DNA of 64,000 bases from Candidatus Poribacteria bacterium (lineage in GTDB: Bacteria; Poribacteria; WGA-4E; PCPOR2b): positions 5,760,001 to 5,824,000 of the forward strand of contig OZ244587.1 in assembly GCA_965218095.1 (NCBI GenBank), given 5' to 3'. The first letter of the stretch is position 1; every line of letters begins with the position of its first letter. This document shows, in pieces, positions 49,709 through 58,740 of the stretch. A program made the position numbers and the translations under genes. The notes beneath the pieces are model-generated. The model did no database searches. It had not been told where the DNA came from and worked only from the letters and a program-made list of their open reading frames with translations.

Positions 49709-51454
49709 ATGCGCAATGCACCGGATAAATCGTTAATACAGGTGATGCTCGATTCAAAGCTGATTTCCGAAGATGAGCATCGACAGGTTCTCGAAGAGGT
49801 AGAAAAAACAAGGGTTTTGATTGACCAGGCGCTCTCAAAGTTTGCAAACCCCAAAACCCTTGATCTTGCTAAGAAGAGCGTGGAGTATAGCGTTTCGTGC
49901 GTCCTGCTGGAGGATATCATTCCAGACAATGAAGCAACTGAGAGGGTCTCAGCGAGTTTTGCCTACCGAAACAAGGTGTTGCCGATTCGTTTCGATGGCT
50001 CAACGCTTACGGTTGCAATAGCGGATGCGCTGGATGTCATGCTAATCGACGAAATGCGGTTGGTCACGGAATGTGAAATCGATCCGGTGCTTGCGGACGA
50101 AGAAGATATTGAAGCGGCGATTATTCGCTCCTACGGGAAAACAGCCGCCGCCATCCTCAACGAAAGTATCAAGGGCCCTGTCGGGGCTGTCGCCACGCTT
50201 GAGCGCGAGACGATTGATGATTTCGGTATCAGTGAACAGGACTTGAGCCGAGATCCAACGGTTGTGAACGCCGTGGATCAGATCATTATCGACGCGGTGC
50301 GACTTGGCGCGAGCGACATCCATATCGAACCCTTTCCCAATGAGCTAAAAATCCGTTATCGGATTGATGGGGTGTTAGAGGAACAGCCACAACCACCTCC
50401 CCATCTCCAGTCAGCAATGACTTCTCGCGTTAAGATCATGGCGAACATGAATGTTGCTGAACGGCGTCGTCCTCAGGATGGTAAGATTGGCGTCACTGTT
50501 CAGAGTGCTGGGAATCGACAAATCGACCTGCGTGTTTCGACTGTCCCGACAGTACATGGTGAAACCCTCGTCCTCCGAATTCTTGATAGACAATCCATCT
50601 CATTCGGCTTAGAACAGCTTGGCTTGATGGCGGACAATCTGAATCAGTTTAATCGAATGATCCAGAAACCACATGGAATCATTTTAGCCACGGGTCCAAC
50701 GGGAAGCGGGAAAACCACAACGCTCTATGCGTGCCTGAAAGAGATTAACACGCCGGAGGTTAAAATCATCACAATCGAAGATCCGGTTGAGTATGAGCTC
50801 GAAGGCATTAACCAGATTCAAGTGAATCCAGATATCGATGTGACGTTTGCTGCGGGATTGAGGCATATCCTCCGACAAGATCCGGATAAAGTGCTGGTCG
50901 GTGAGGTTCGAGACTACGAGACCGCGGAAATGGCCATCCATACCTCTTTGACTGGCCACCTTGTTTTTAGTTCACTGCACACAAATGATGCACCGAGCGC
51001 AATTACCCGCTTGGTGGATATGGGGGTCGAACCGTACTTAGTTGCGTCAACGCTGGAAGGCATTATCACGCAGCGCCTTGGGCGCCGTGTTTGTCCGCAT
51101 TGCCACGAAATGTATCACCCAGAACCGGAGTGTATCCAAGACCTGCTTGGGGACAAAGCTGGAGAGGTCCCGCCCGATCTGCTTATCCCTCGTGCCGTTG
51201 GCTGCAAGGAGTGCCGAGATCGGGGATATAGAGGCCGGATTGGACTCTTTGAAGTCATCCTGATGAGCGAGGAATTGCGGGAAATGACCATTCAGAGCGC
51301 GTCTGCAAGCCAGCTAAAGCGGGTTGCGATGCGATTAGGGATGAAGACGCTGCGTGAGGATGGCTGGAGAAAGGTTGTCGCCGGCTACACCACCATTGAT
51401 GAAGTGGTGCGACTCACACAGGAGGACGAATTCGATATCGGTGAAGTGATATAA
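49709..51454 (+). CDS. gspE: Type II secretion/T4P assembly ATPase GspE/PilB
   Basis: ASDIHIEP; ERRRPQDG; GPTGSGKTTTLY; TIEDPVE; LRQDPD; TGHLVFSSLH; CxxC...CxxC zinc motif. Confidence 0.95.
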   Translation: MRNAPDKSLIQVMLDSKLISEDEHRQVLEEVEKTRVLIDQALSKFANPKTLDLAKKSVEYSVSCVLLEDIIPDNEATERVSASFAYRNKVLPIRFDGSTLTVAIADALDVMLIDEMRLVTECEIDPVLADEEDIEAAIIRSYGKTAAAILNESIKGPVGAVATLERETIDDFGISEQDLSRDPTVVNAVDQIIIDAVRLGASDIHIEPFPNELKIRYRIDGVLEEQPQPPPHLQSAMTSRVKIMANMNVAERRRPQDGKIGVTVQSAGNRQIDLRVSTVPTVHGETLVLRILDRQSISFGLEQLGLMADNLNQFNRMIQKPHGIILATGPTGSGKTTTLYACLKEINTPEVKIITIEDPVEYELEGINQIQVNPDIDVTFAAGLRHILRQDPDKVLVGEVRDYETAEMAIHTSLTGHLVFSSLHTNDAPSAITRLVDMGVEPYLVASTLEGIITQRLGRRVCPHCHEMYHPEPECIQDLLGDKAGEVPPDLLIPRAVGCKECRDRGYRGRIGLFEVILMSEELREMTIQSASASQLKRVAMRLGMKTLREDGWRKVVAGYTTIDEVVRLTQEDEFDIGEVI

Positions 51455-51483
51455 CCTAGCAAAGGTTTGAACCCTTCGCTAGG
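51455..51483. repeat. Intergenic hairpin (REP-like)
   Basis: CCTAGCAAAGG-TTTGAAC-CCTTCGCTAGG between gspE and gspF. Confidence 0.45.
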
Positions 51484-51509
51484 CTTACGCCTTACGGTAG
51501 GAGTATTTG

Positions 51510-52733
51510 ATGCCAAGATTTCGTTACGAAGCGCTCACAAACACCGGGACAACGGTCAGCAACGCACAAGAAGCGAACACAAAGGCTGAACTTGTGTCTA
51601 AACTCAAGAGCATGGGGTATTGGCCCACGAGTATCGTTGAGGAGAGTACCGAAGCCCAAGCTCAAAAAAAGCTTCAACTTCCATTCCTTTGCACTCGAAT
51701 CAAGCCGACTGAAGTCGAGTTTTTCACGTATCAGATGGCAACACTAATCAGTGCCCACGTTTCTTTGTCCCGCGCTTTGGGAATTACCCTCGAACAGATC
51801 GCGAACGTTGAACTCAGACGGATCGTCGAACAGGTCAAGTCCGATGTTGAGCACGGTTCCACATTTAACGACGCACTCGCTCAACATCCGAAGGTGTTTT
51901 CAGACCTGTACGTCAATATGGTGAGAGCGGGTGAGGCAGGCGGCGTACTCGGTGTTGTATTGGATCGCCTTGCCGAGTTTGCTGAGAGACAGCGGCTTCT
52001 TAAAACCGAGGTGACCTCGGCGCTGTTTTATCCCGCGATTCTGCTGGGTTTAAGCGTCATCGCTGTGACAATTTTAATGACTTTTGTTATCCCCAAGCTC
52101 ACTGGTATGTTCGCTGAACTGGATGTTGAATTGCCTACTCCGACGCGATTTCTAATCAGTGTTACTGATTTTCTGAGTGCTTACTGGTGGGTGATTTTAA
52201 TTGGGGGCATCGGCGGTGTATTTGGAGCTAGGCAATATGTACGCACAGAGACTGGGCATTTTACCTATGATAGACTGAAAATTAAGTTCCCTGCCATCGG
52301 AGTAATCTTTAGTAACTTCGCACTAGTCCGTTTTACCCGAACAATGGGAACGTTACTCGAAAATGGCGTTGTTCTTCTGCCAGCGCTTCGCGTTGTCAAG
52401 GATACAATTGGTAACTTAGTCTACCGCAATGCTGTCGCAAATGCTGAACAAGAGATCGAGCGAGGGGCAACTTTATCGCGGGAGTTGGAAGGCAGCGGGG
52501 TCTTTCCACCCCTGCTGACCCAGATGCTCGCGATTGGTGAAGAATCCGGCAACCCTGAACAGATGTTGGCGAAATTGTCGGAGTATTACGATATGGAAAT
52601 CAAGAAAAACCTCGAACGGCTAACGAATTCGATTGGACCGTTGGTGATTCTATTTATGGGGTTGCTGATCGGGTTCATTGCGGTCGCGATGATACTGCCA
52701 ATTTTTGAAGCTAGTACAGCGTTAGGTAGATAG
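51510..52733 (+). CDS. gspF: Type II secretion inner membrane platform protein GspF/PilC
   Basis: MPRFRYEA; HPKVFSDLYVNMVRAGEAGG; IGEESG; three TM helices. Confidence 0.95.
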   Translation: MPRFRYEALTNTGTTVSNAQEANTKAELVSKLKSMGYWPTSIVEESTEAQAQKKLQLPFLCTRIKPTEVEFFTYQMATLISAHVSLSRALGITLEQIANVELRRIVEQVKSDVEHGSTFNDALAQHPKVFSDLYVNMVRAGEAGGVLGVVLDRLAEFAERQRLLKTEVTSALFYPAILLGLSVIAVTILMTFVIPKLTGMFAELDVELPTPTRFLISVTDFLSAYWWVILIGGIGGVFGARQYVRTETGHFTYDRLKIKFPAIGVIFSNFALVRFTRTMGTLLENGVVLLPALRVVKDTIGNLVYRNAVANAEQEIERGATLSRELEGSGVFPPLLTQMLAIGEESGNPEQMLAKLSEYYDMEIKKNLERLTNSIGPLVILFMGLLIGFIAVAMILPIFEASTALGR

Positions 52734-52777
52734 TAAACACGGTCTAATACCATGACTTTACGACAGGAGGCTACAAA

Positions 52778-53224
52778 ATGGTGAAACGATTCAAAGCGGA
52801 TGAATCAGGGATGACACTCATCGAAATTACGATTGTCATCGTCATTCTCGGTTTGCTGGCGAGTTTTATTGCACCTAAAGTGGTGAATGCTATCGATAAA
52901 GCGAAGGTTGCAAAAGCCAAACAAGAAATTGGATCCTTGGAAAACGCGCTCCAGCTATACTCAATCTCCATCGGGGACTATCCGAGCACGGAGCAAGGTT
53001 TACAAGCACTTTGGAGACCTCCCAACCCGGAACCTGAAAATTGGGAGGGTGCTTATATTAACAAGCCAACCTTCAGAGATCCGTGGGGTAACGATTATGT
53101 CTACAGGTACCCCGGCAATCACGAGGGTTACGATTACGATCTCTACTCTTTTGGGAAAGATGGCAAAGAAGGCGGCGAAAACTTCAACACCGATCTCACA
53201 AGCTGGGTTGAGGAAACAGAGTAG
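52778..53224 (+). CDS. gspG: Major pseudopilin GspG
   Basis: G|MTLIE prepilin motif; YPSTEQGLQAL; DPWGNDYVYRYPG; DLYSFGKDG. Confidence 0.95.
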   Translation: MVKRFKADESGMTLIEITIVIVILGLLASFIAPKVVNAIDKAKVAKAKQEIGSLENALQLYSISIGDYPSTEQGLQALWRPPNPEPENWEGAYINKPTFRDPWGNDYVYRYPGNHEGYDYDLYSFGKDGKEGGENFNTDLTSWVEETE

Positions 53225-53334
53225 AGGCGAAGTGCTATCAGCCTAAACGCCTTTTACGATTCGTGAACACTTTATCCAGCCAGGGAATTCGTTAACTCAT
53301 GAACCCCGAAACCTACTGACATCAGCAACCCCCC

Positions 53335-53979
53335 ATGAAAGGTAAACATCTGTTTAGGCGAGCCCAGCACTCAGATAACGGCTTTACGCTGATTGAGGTC
53401 ATGATTGTACTGGCATTAATCGCAATCCTTTCCTCAATCACCATGCCGTCTTTGCGTGGCTTTGCTGCATCAACTCGCTTGAAGTCGTCTGCCCATGCTG
53501 TCCGGGACATGCTCAATTTTGCACGGGACATGTCAATTACAGAGCGGACTGCTTACTTCGTCGTATTTGACTTTGATCAAAACCACTATTGGCTTGCCTC
53601 CAGCGAAACTTTCAATGTCGAAAACCCGTCTGCCTCCTCAATTACCAGTCCATCAAGCAGTTCCCTCCAAGCTGCATCTCTGCAAACAACGCCTTTACGC
53701 ACGAGTACGATTCTCGGTGTGTGGCAAGAATTCAGCCAAAATGTGAGTTTAGTGCGCATGATAACAAATCACAATTTGCGGACCGCTCAAGTGGACGCCG
53801 GCGTCGATTATATCTACTTTTCCTCAACCGGTTCTTCCGAAGATACAACTCTGTATATTCAGGATAGGCGGGGTAAAGTGATGTCCATAGCGGTTGCAAA
53901 CGCTACGGGACGAGTCCACCTTCAAGAACTCGACAGCCAGCAAAGCGAGGAATTAGGATTATCTGTTGGAAGCTCGTGA
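53335..53979 (+). CDS. gspH: Minor pseudopilin GspH/FimT
   Basis: G|FTLIEVMIVLALIAIL; position after gspG; C-terminal ATGRV. Confidence 0.8.
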   Translation: MKGKHLFRRAQHSDNGFTLIEVMIVLALIAILSSITMPSLRGFAASTRLKSSAHAVRDMLNFARDMSITERTAYFVVFDFDQNHYWLASSETFNVENPSASSITSPSSSSLQAASLQTTPLRTSTILGVWQEFSQNVSLVRMITNHNLRTAQVDAGVDYIYFSSTGSSEDTTLYIQDRRGKVMSIAVANATGRVHLQELDSQQSEELGLSVGSS

Positions 53980-54449
53980 AGACTTCATATATGAACCCCT
54001 TGAATGACTTTATCTCACTTATTCGTAGGTCAGTAGACAACAAACGCGGCTTCACCCTGATCGAAATCGTCGTTGCGTTAGCGATTTTGTCGTTAGCTCT
54101 GCCGGCGTTACTGCGTGCCTTTACGGAAGCGGCGAAAGGACAAGCAATTTCAGAAAACAGGACAACTGCCTTATATCTTCTCAAATTCCGGATGGCGGAA
54201 ATCGGGCTTGAGGGGTATCCAGATATCGGTGAAGAAAATGGTGAATTCGGGGATAACTCGCGATTTCGTTGGCATTCAGAGATTCAAGATATCGAGTCAG
54301 AGGAGATTGAAAGACTCCGCCTTGTGACCGTTACCGTCACATGGCAAGAGACTGGGAAAGAGCGATCTATTTCAATGAACACCTATATTGCCGACCGCCA
54401 AAAGCAGACACAAGACGGTCAGCAGAGTTCAGACGGTAACCGCGGATGA
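53976..54449 (+). CDS. gspI: Minor pseudopilin GspI-like
   Basis: G|FTLIEIVVALAIL; FRW..EI...LRLVTVTVTW. Confidence 0.8.
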   Translation: MKTSYMNPLNDFISLIRRSVDNKRGFTLIEIVVALAILSLALPALLRAFTEAAKGQAISENRTTALYLLKFRMAEIGLEGYPDIGEENGEFGDNSRFRWHSEIQDIESEEIERLRLVTVTVTWQETGKERSISMNTYIADRQKQTQDGQQSSDGNRG

Positions 54450-55456
54450 GACGAAGCGGCAAGCGGACAAGAAGGAGGAAAGGAAGAAGGGGGAGGATGG
54501 AAGGAAGGGAAGGATTGACTTCACGCTTTACGTTTCACGTTTCACATCTTACGCATCACGCCCCCGGTTTTACCCTGCTCGAACTGCTAGTTGCTGTCAG
54601 TATTATGATCATCATTGGAGGCGCCGCTTATACAACGTTCAATATGGCAATTGATGTTTACCAGAAATCTGAATCGCGGATTGTGATGAACCAGAAATGC
54701 CGAATCGCGTTAGATCGCGTTGCTACGGATTTGAGTAACTTACAAACGGTGCAAGGAGATGAATCCCTCATCATCGTGTCTCAGGATAATCCGGGCGAAG
54801 ATGGGGGCGAGCGGGACGTAATTAGCTTTGTGACATTAATTCATACGGACCCAGATCCGTTTCTTGCCCAACTGAACCTAAGTGGGCAAACGATGTTGAC
54901 GGATGAGGAGGAAAATCAGGCAGGGTTTGTAAGCGATGTTCAACGGGTCGCCTACTATATCGGGGAAGATCCGAGTCAGCAAGTTGAGTTTAGCGAAATC
55001 CCCGGTATTCGATCGAGGGAGGCAGACTCAGAAGTACGTGGGCCGATTTTGACAGACTCTGGCGAAGAAGTTCAGCATCCGGCACTTTTACGCCTCGCAA
55101 CAATAGCCCTCGATCCGGAAATCGTTATCCAGCCCATGCTTGAGTCAGGAATTCCTCCGACCGAGGACGAAGATGGCAATCCAATCCACATCAATATTGC
55201 CCCGATTATCGATCAGATTGTCTCCTTCGATGTGAAATATTTTGATGGCGAAAAATGGTATGACTCATGGGAGGACACTGAGACAATTCCGAAATCTGTT
55301 CAGGTTTGGATCACTGTCGCTGATGAAAATGGACAGAGACGTCAGAATACTCCCTCCGCAAGGTTGACCCAATCGACGATGATTTATCTACTAATGAGTG
55401 CGAATTTTAGCGAACAACCTCCCGGTGGCGGTCCAGCAGGAGTGCCGGGCGGTTGA
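54446..55456 (+). CDS. gspJ: Minor pseudopilin GspJ-like
   Basis: G|FTLLELLVAVSI; YFDGEKWYDSW...PKSVQV; repeat-derived leader. Confidence 0.8.
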   Translation: MRRSGKRTRRRKGRRGRMEGREGLTSRFTFHVSHLTHHAPGFTLLELLVAVSIMIIIGGAAYTTFNMAIDVYQKSESRIVMNQKCRIALDRVATDLSNLQTVQGDESLIIVSQDNPGEDGGERDVISFVTLIHTDPDPFLAQLNLSGQTMLTDEEENQAGFVSDVQRVAYYIGEDPSQQVEFSEIPGIRSREADSEVRGPILTDSGEEVQHPALLRLATIALDPEIVIQPMLESGIPPTEDEDGNPIHINIAPIIDQIVSFDVKYFDGEKWYDSWEDTETIPKSVQVWITVADENGQRRQNTPSARLTQSTMIYLLMSANFSEQPPGGGPAGVPGG

Positions 55457-55460
55457 GGAA

Positions 55461-56966
55461 ATGGGGAGAATAAAGCTCGAAGAATGGAAGGAGGGAAAAA
55501 TGGAAGGGTTCATTTCAGGTATTACGTTTCACGCAATACGCAATACGCAATACGCAATACGCAACAGTGAACACGGACTATCCTTGATTTCCACTCTGTG
55601 GATTTTGACAATTCTCTCAGTGCTTGCAACCCAGTTTCTTTATTCGATCCGTCTCGAACAACGGATGCAGGCAAACTTTGCAGAGCGAACAAAGTACCAC
55701 TATGCGGCAAAGGCTGGATTTGAGCAAGTGATCGCGATGTTGCGGGGAGATGAAACTCCCTACGATGCGCTCGGCGAAGATTGGGCAAAGGAGATGGAGG
55801 AAGAGATTGAAGACGGCATCATGGTTGGAAACGCCCTGACGTACCGTGTCAACATCACTGACGAAGGCTCGAAGGTCAACATCAACACCGCAAATGAGAA
55901 CGTGATTCGTGGGCTATTGAGTCTAGTCGGCTACGAAGAGGGGGCAGTACCTACGGAGCAACCACTGGCTGAAGCGATTGAGCAGGAACGTCCATATCGC
56001 AGTGTGCGAGACCTGGCGAGAGTTGAGGGCATGACCCAAGAACTTCTCTATGGAGGGCGGGCAGCAGGTGCCAACATAGAGGTAGACGAAACAGAAGAGC
56101 AGCAAAACGTCCCCGGATTGATTGATCTGGTAACTGTCTATTCGATCGACAAAAACACCAATGCAAATGGCCAGCAGCGTGTGAACATTAACAGTGCAGA
56201 TGCCCAGCAGCTCACGCAGATCCAAGGGAACAACAATCAACCTGTTTTCTCTCAGGGGGAGGCAGATTCACTGATTCAACAGCGTTCATTCAATAGCATC
56301 GGGAAACTGCTCGATGCGCAGGCTGTTACGGATAAGGTTTTTAACAACATCCGCGATAGGACGAGCATAGACAGTGACAAGGAGAATCAAGATCTGGTCA
56401 ATATCAATACTGCCGACGCTGACAGATTGCAGACGCTGGATGGGATTGATCAGGGAATCGCCGATCGGATTATCGATCACCGCAACAATCAAGGCAACTT
56501 CCAAAACGTTGATCAACTCAAAGACGTGAAGTTGATTACAGAGGACGAGTTCAGAAGTATCGTTGATCAGATCACCACAACGGACGACACAACAATTAGT
56601 GGACTCATTAATATCAACACCGCGTCCCAAGAAACTCTGCAACTGCTGCCGGGTATGGACGAAGACAAAGCGCAAGCGATCATCACCCGTCGTGAATCGG
56701 AACCAAAAGATGAACAGCAGGCTCAAGCATTGGAAGAAGCTGGAGTCGAAGGAAATCCTTTTACCAACATCGGACAACTCCTCGATGTGGAAAGAATCGA
56801 TATAGAAACGTTTCAACAAATCGCCGGGCTTGTCACCTATCGGTCGAGTGGTTTTCTCATTGAATCAACTGGGGTTGACCCTGTTGGGAAAACGCTTGCC
56901 TCCTGTGTTGGTGCAATCGATCGCACCGGGGAGCAAGTTGCGATTAAATACTGGAAACAGGATTAG
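55461..56966 (+). CDS. gspK: GspK-like minor pseudopilin with four ComEA-type helix-hairpin-helix modules
   Basis: G|LSLISTLWILTIL; ITDEGSKVNINTA; four xxNIN(T/S)A repeats. Start is at 55461 or 55500. Confidence 0.85.
   Translation: MGRIKLEEWKEGKMEGFISGITFHAIRNTQYAIRNSEHGLSLISTLWILTILSVLATQFLYSIRLEQRMQANFAERTKYHYAAKAGFEQVIAMLRGDETPYDALGEDWAKEMEEEIEDGIMVGNALTYRVNITDEGSKVNINTANENVIRGLLSLVGYEEGAVPTEQPLAEAIEQERPYRSVRDLARVEGMTQELLYGGRAAGANIEVDETEEQQNVPGLIDLVTVYSIDKNTNANGQQRVNINSADAQQLTQIQGNNNQPVFSQGEADSLIQQRSFNSIGKLLDAQAVTDKVFNNIRDRTSIDSDKENQDLVNINTADADRLQTLDGIDQGIADRIIDHRNNQGNFQNVDQLKDVKLITEDEFRSIVDQITTTDDTTISGLININTASQETLQLLPGMDEDKAQAIITRRESEPKDEQQAQALEEAGVEGNPFTNIGQLLDVERIDIETFQQIAGLVTYRSSGFLIESTGVDPVGKTLASCVGAIDRTGEQVAIKYWKQD
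55531..55565 (+). repeat. Heptanucleotide tandem repeat (ACGCAAT)x4 + ACGCAAC within gspK leader
   Basis: Read directly from the sequence. Confidence 0.9.
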
Positions 56967-57004
56967 TTTGAAACCACGATTGAAGATCGGGGCTAGAGAC
57001 TGTT

Positions 57005-58006
57005 ATGGCAAAAGCACCGCGCAACCGAACAATAACACTGTCGGATCGGGAGAGAGAAAACTATCGGCAGCATTTATTAAAAATCTCCAGTCCTGTTTCA
57101 GTGGATGGGGTACTGAACAAAGTTATTAACCAAGATCTCTTTGATGTCCTCGATTTTCTCCCATCACGTTTTGTTGATCTCCTCTTTCTCGATCCACCGT
57201 ATAATTTGACAAAGCATTTCAATACCCGTTCTTTTCAGCAGATGCCTGTTGAGGGGTACATGGAATGGCTCGAATCTTGGCTCTCCAAAATGATTAGGCT
57301 GCTGAAGCCGAGGGCGTCAATCTACATCTGTGGAGACTGGCGGTCTTCTGCTGCGATTCATCTCGTTTGCGAAAAATATCTAATCGTCAGAAACCGGATC
57401 ACCTTTGAAAGGGAGAAAGGACGCAGGGCGAAGAAGGATTGGAAAAACAACTCTGAAGATATCTGGTTCTGCACCGTTTCAAACGATTACTATTTTGACT
57501 CAGAAGCGGTACAACTAAAGCGGCAAGTCATCGCGCCATATTGGGAAGATGGGGAACCGAAGGATTGGAAAGCAGAGGTGGATGGGAACTTTCGGCTAAC
57601 GGGGCCATCAAATATCTGGACAGATATAACGATTCCTTTTTGGTCAATGCCGGAAAATACGCCCCATCCGACGCAAAAGCCCGAAAAACTGCTGGCAAAG
57701 CTCATGCTCGCAAGTTCCAGAGAAGGAGACCTCGTTTTTGATCCCTTTGCCGGGAGTGGAACAGCCGGAGTTGCAGCGAAAAAATTAAAGCGAAATTTCG
57801 CTATGGTGGAGATTGATGAGGAATATTGCCTTTATGCCGAGAAAAGGTTGCAAACGGCTGAGACCAACAGAACAATCCAAGGGTACACCGATGGGGTTTT
57901 CTGGGAAAGAAACACGTTGCGAGATATGAAGATAAAGCGGCGTAAGAAACCAAATACTGAAGGGACATTAGAATTATTTACAAACATTGGGCAGGGTCAA
58001 AAGTGA
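57005..58006 (+). CDS. Beta-class amino (N6A/N4C) DNA methyltransferase of a type II R-M system
   Basis: DPPYNL before HPTQKPEKL and DPFAGSGT. Confidence 0.92.
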   Translation: MAKAPRNRTITLSDRERENYRQHLLKISSPVSVDGVLNKVINQDLFDVLDFLPSRFVDLLFLDPPYNLTKHFNTRSFQQMPVEGYMEWLESWLSKMIRLLKPRASIYICGDWRSSAAIHLVCEKYLIVRNRITFEREKGRRAKKDWKNNSEDIWFCTVSNDYYFDSEAVQLKRQVIAPYWEDGEPKDWKAEVDGNFRLTGPSNIWTDITIPFWSMPENTPHPTQKPEKLLAKLMLASSREGDLVFDPFAGSGTAGVAAKKLKRNFAMVEIDEEYCLYAEKRLQTAETNRTIQGYTDGVFWERNTLRDMKIKRRKKPNTEGTLELFTNIGQGQK

Positions 58007-58671
58007 AGAGTCGAATTTTTCACACGCGTGTGTATGAGGAGATTGAAGGCAAAATTAAGGCGTTTCTCAACGGCTACCCTGACTTCCTCACTCCAGACAC
58101 GGTTGCAAGCACGAGAGCGACAGGGGACGCAATTCAGCATATTCTGGAAGAGAACTTTGCGCAAATCATTGGAGATTTTTCCAAAGAATATTCCGCGAAT
58201 TTTGCGCGAAGGGCGATGGCTGATTTAGCTTTTACGGATCAAGACGACTTGTATTATGTTGTAGATGTAAAAACTCATCGATTGGAAACGAAATTTAACA
58301 TGCCGAATCTCACTTCTGTAGAAAGGTTAGCACGCTTTTATGAAGATGATCAGAATTACTTTGTGCTGTTGATGATAGCCTATACCATATCCGGCGTTCG
58401 CATTAATGTGGAGAAAGCTCATTTTGTGCCAATTGAATTTTTATCTTGGGACTGCCTAACAATCGGTGCGTTAGGTTGGGGACAAATACAAATTGCCAAC
58501 GCAAGCAATATTGTTATAAACCAAGGATATTCCAGAAAAAAATGGATGCTAGCGTTATGCGACGTGTTAAGCGAATTCTATCCTCGCGAAATCGAGAAAG
58601 TAAAGGACAGAATCAATTACTTTAAGCGGGTAAGAGAGCGATGGAAAGAAAAAGCGGATATTTGGGAATAA
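58003..58671 (+). CDS. Putative type II restriction endonuclease, PD-(D/E)xK fold
   Basis: GTGA overlap with the MTase; MADLAF...VVDVKT catalytic-like motif; AT-richer than flanks. Confidence 0.7.
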   Translation: MKSRIFHTRVYEEIEGKIKAFLNGYPDFLTPDTVASTRATGDAIQHILEENFAQIIGDFSKEYSANFARRAMADLAFTDQDDLYYVVDVKTHRLETKFNMPNLTSVERLARFYEDDQNYFVLLMIAYTISGVRINVEKAHFVPIEFLSWDCLTIGALGWGQIQIANASNIVINQGYSRKKWMLALCDVLSEFYPREIEKVKDRINYFKRVRERWKEKADIWE

Positions 58672-58740
58672 CGACAAATCAGCACTTTCTCTTTTTAAGG
58701 GAAAAGATCCACCCATAAGTTTCACCCTATAGAGGGAAAC

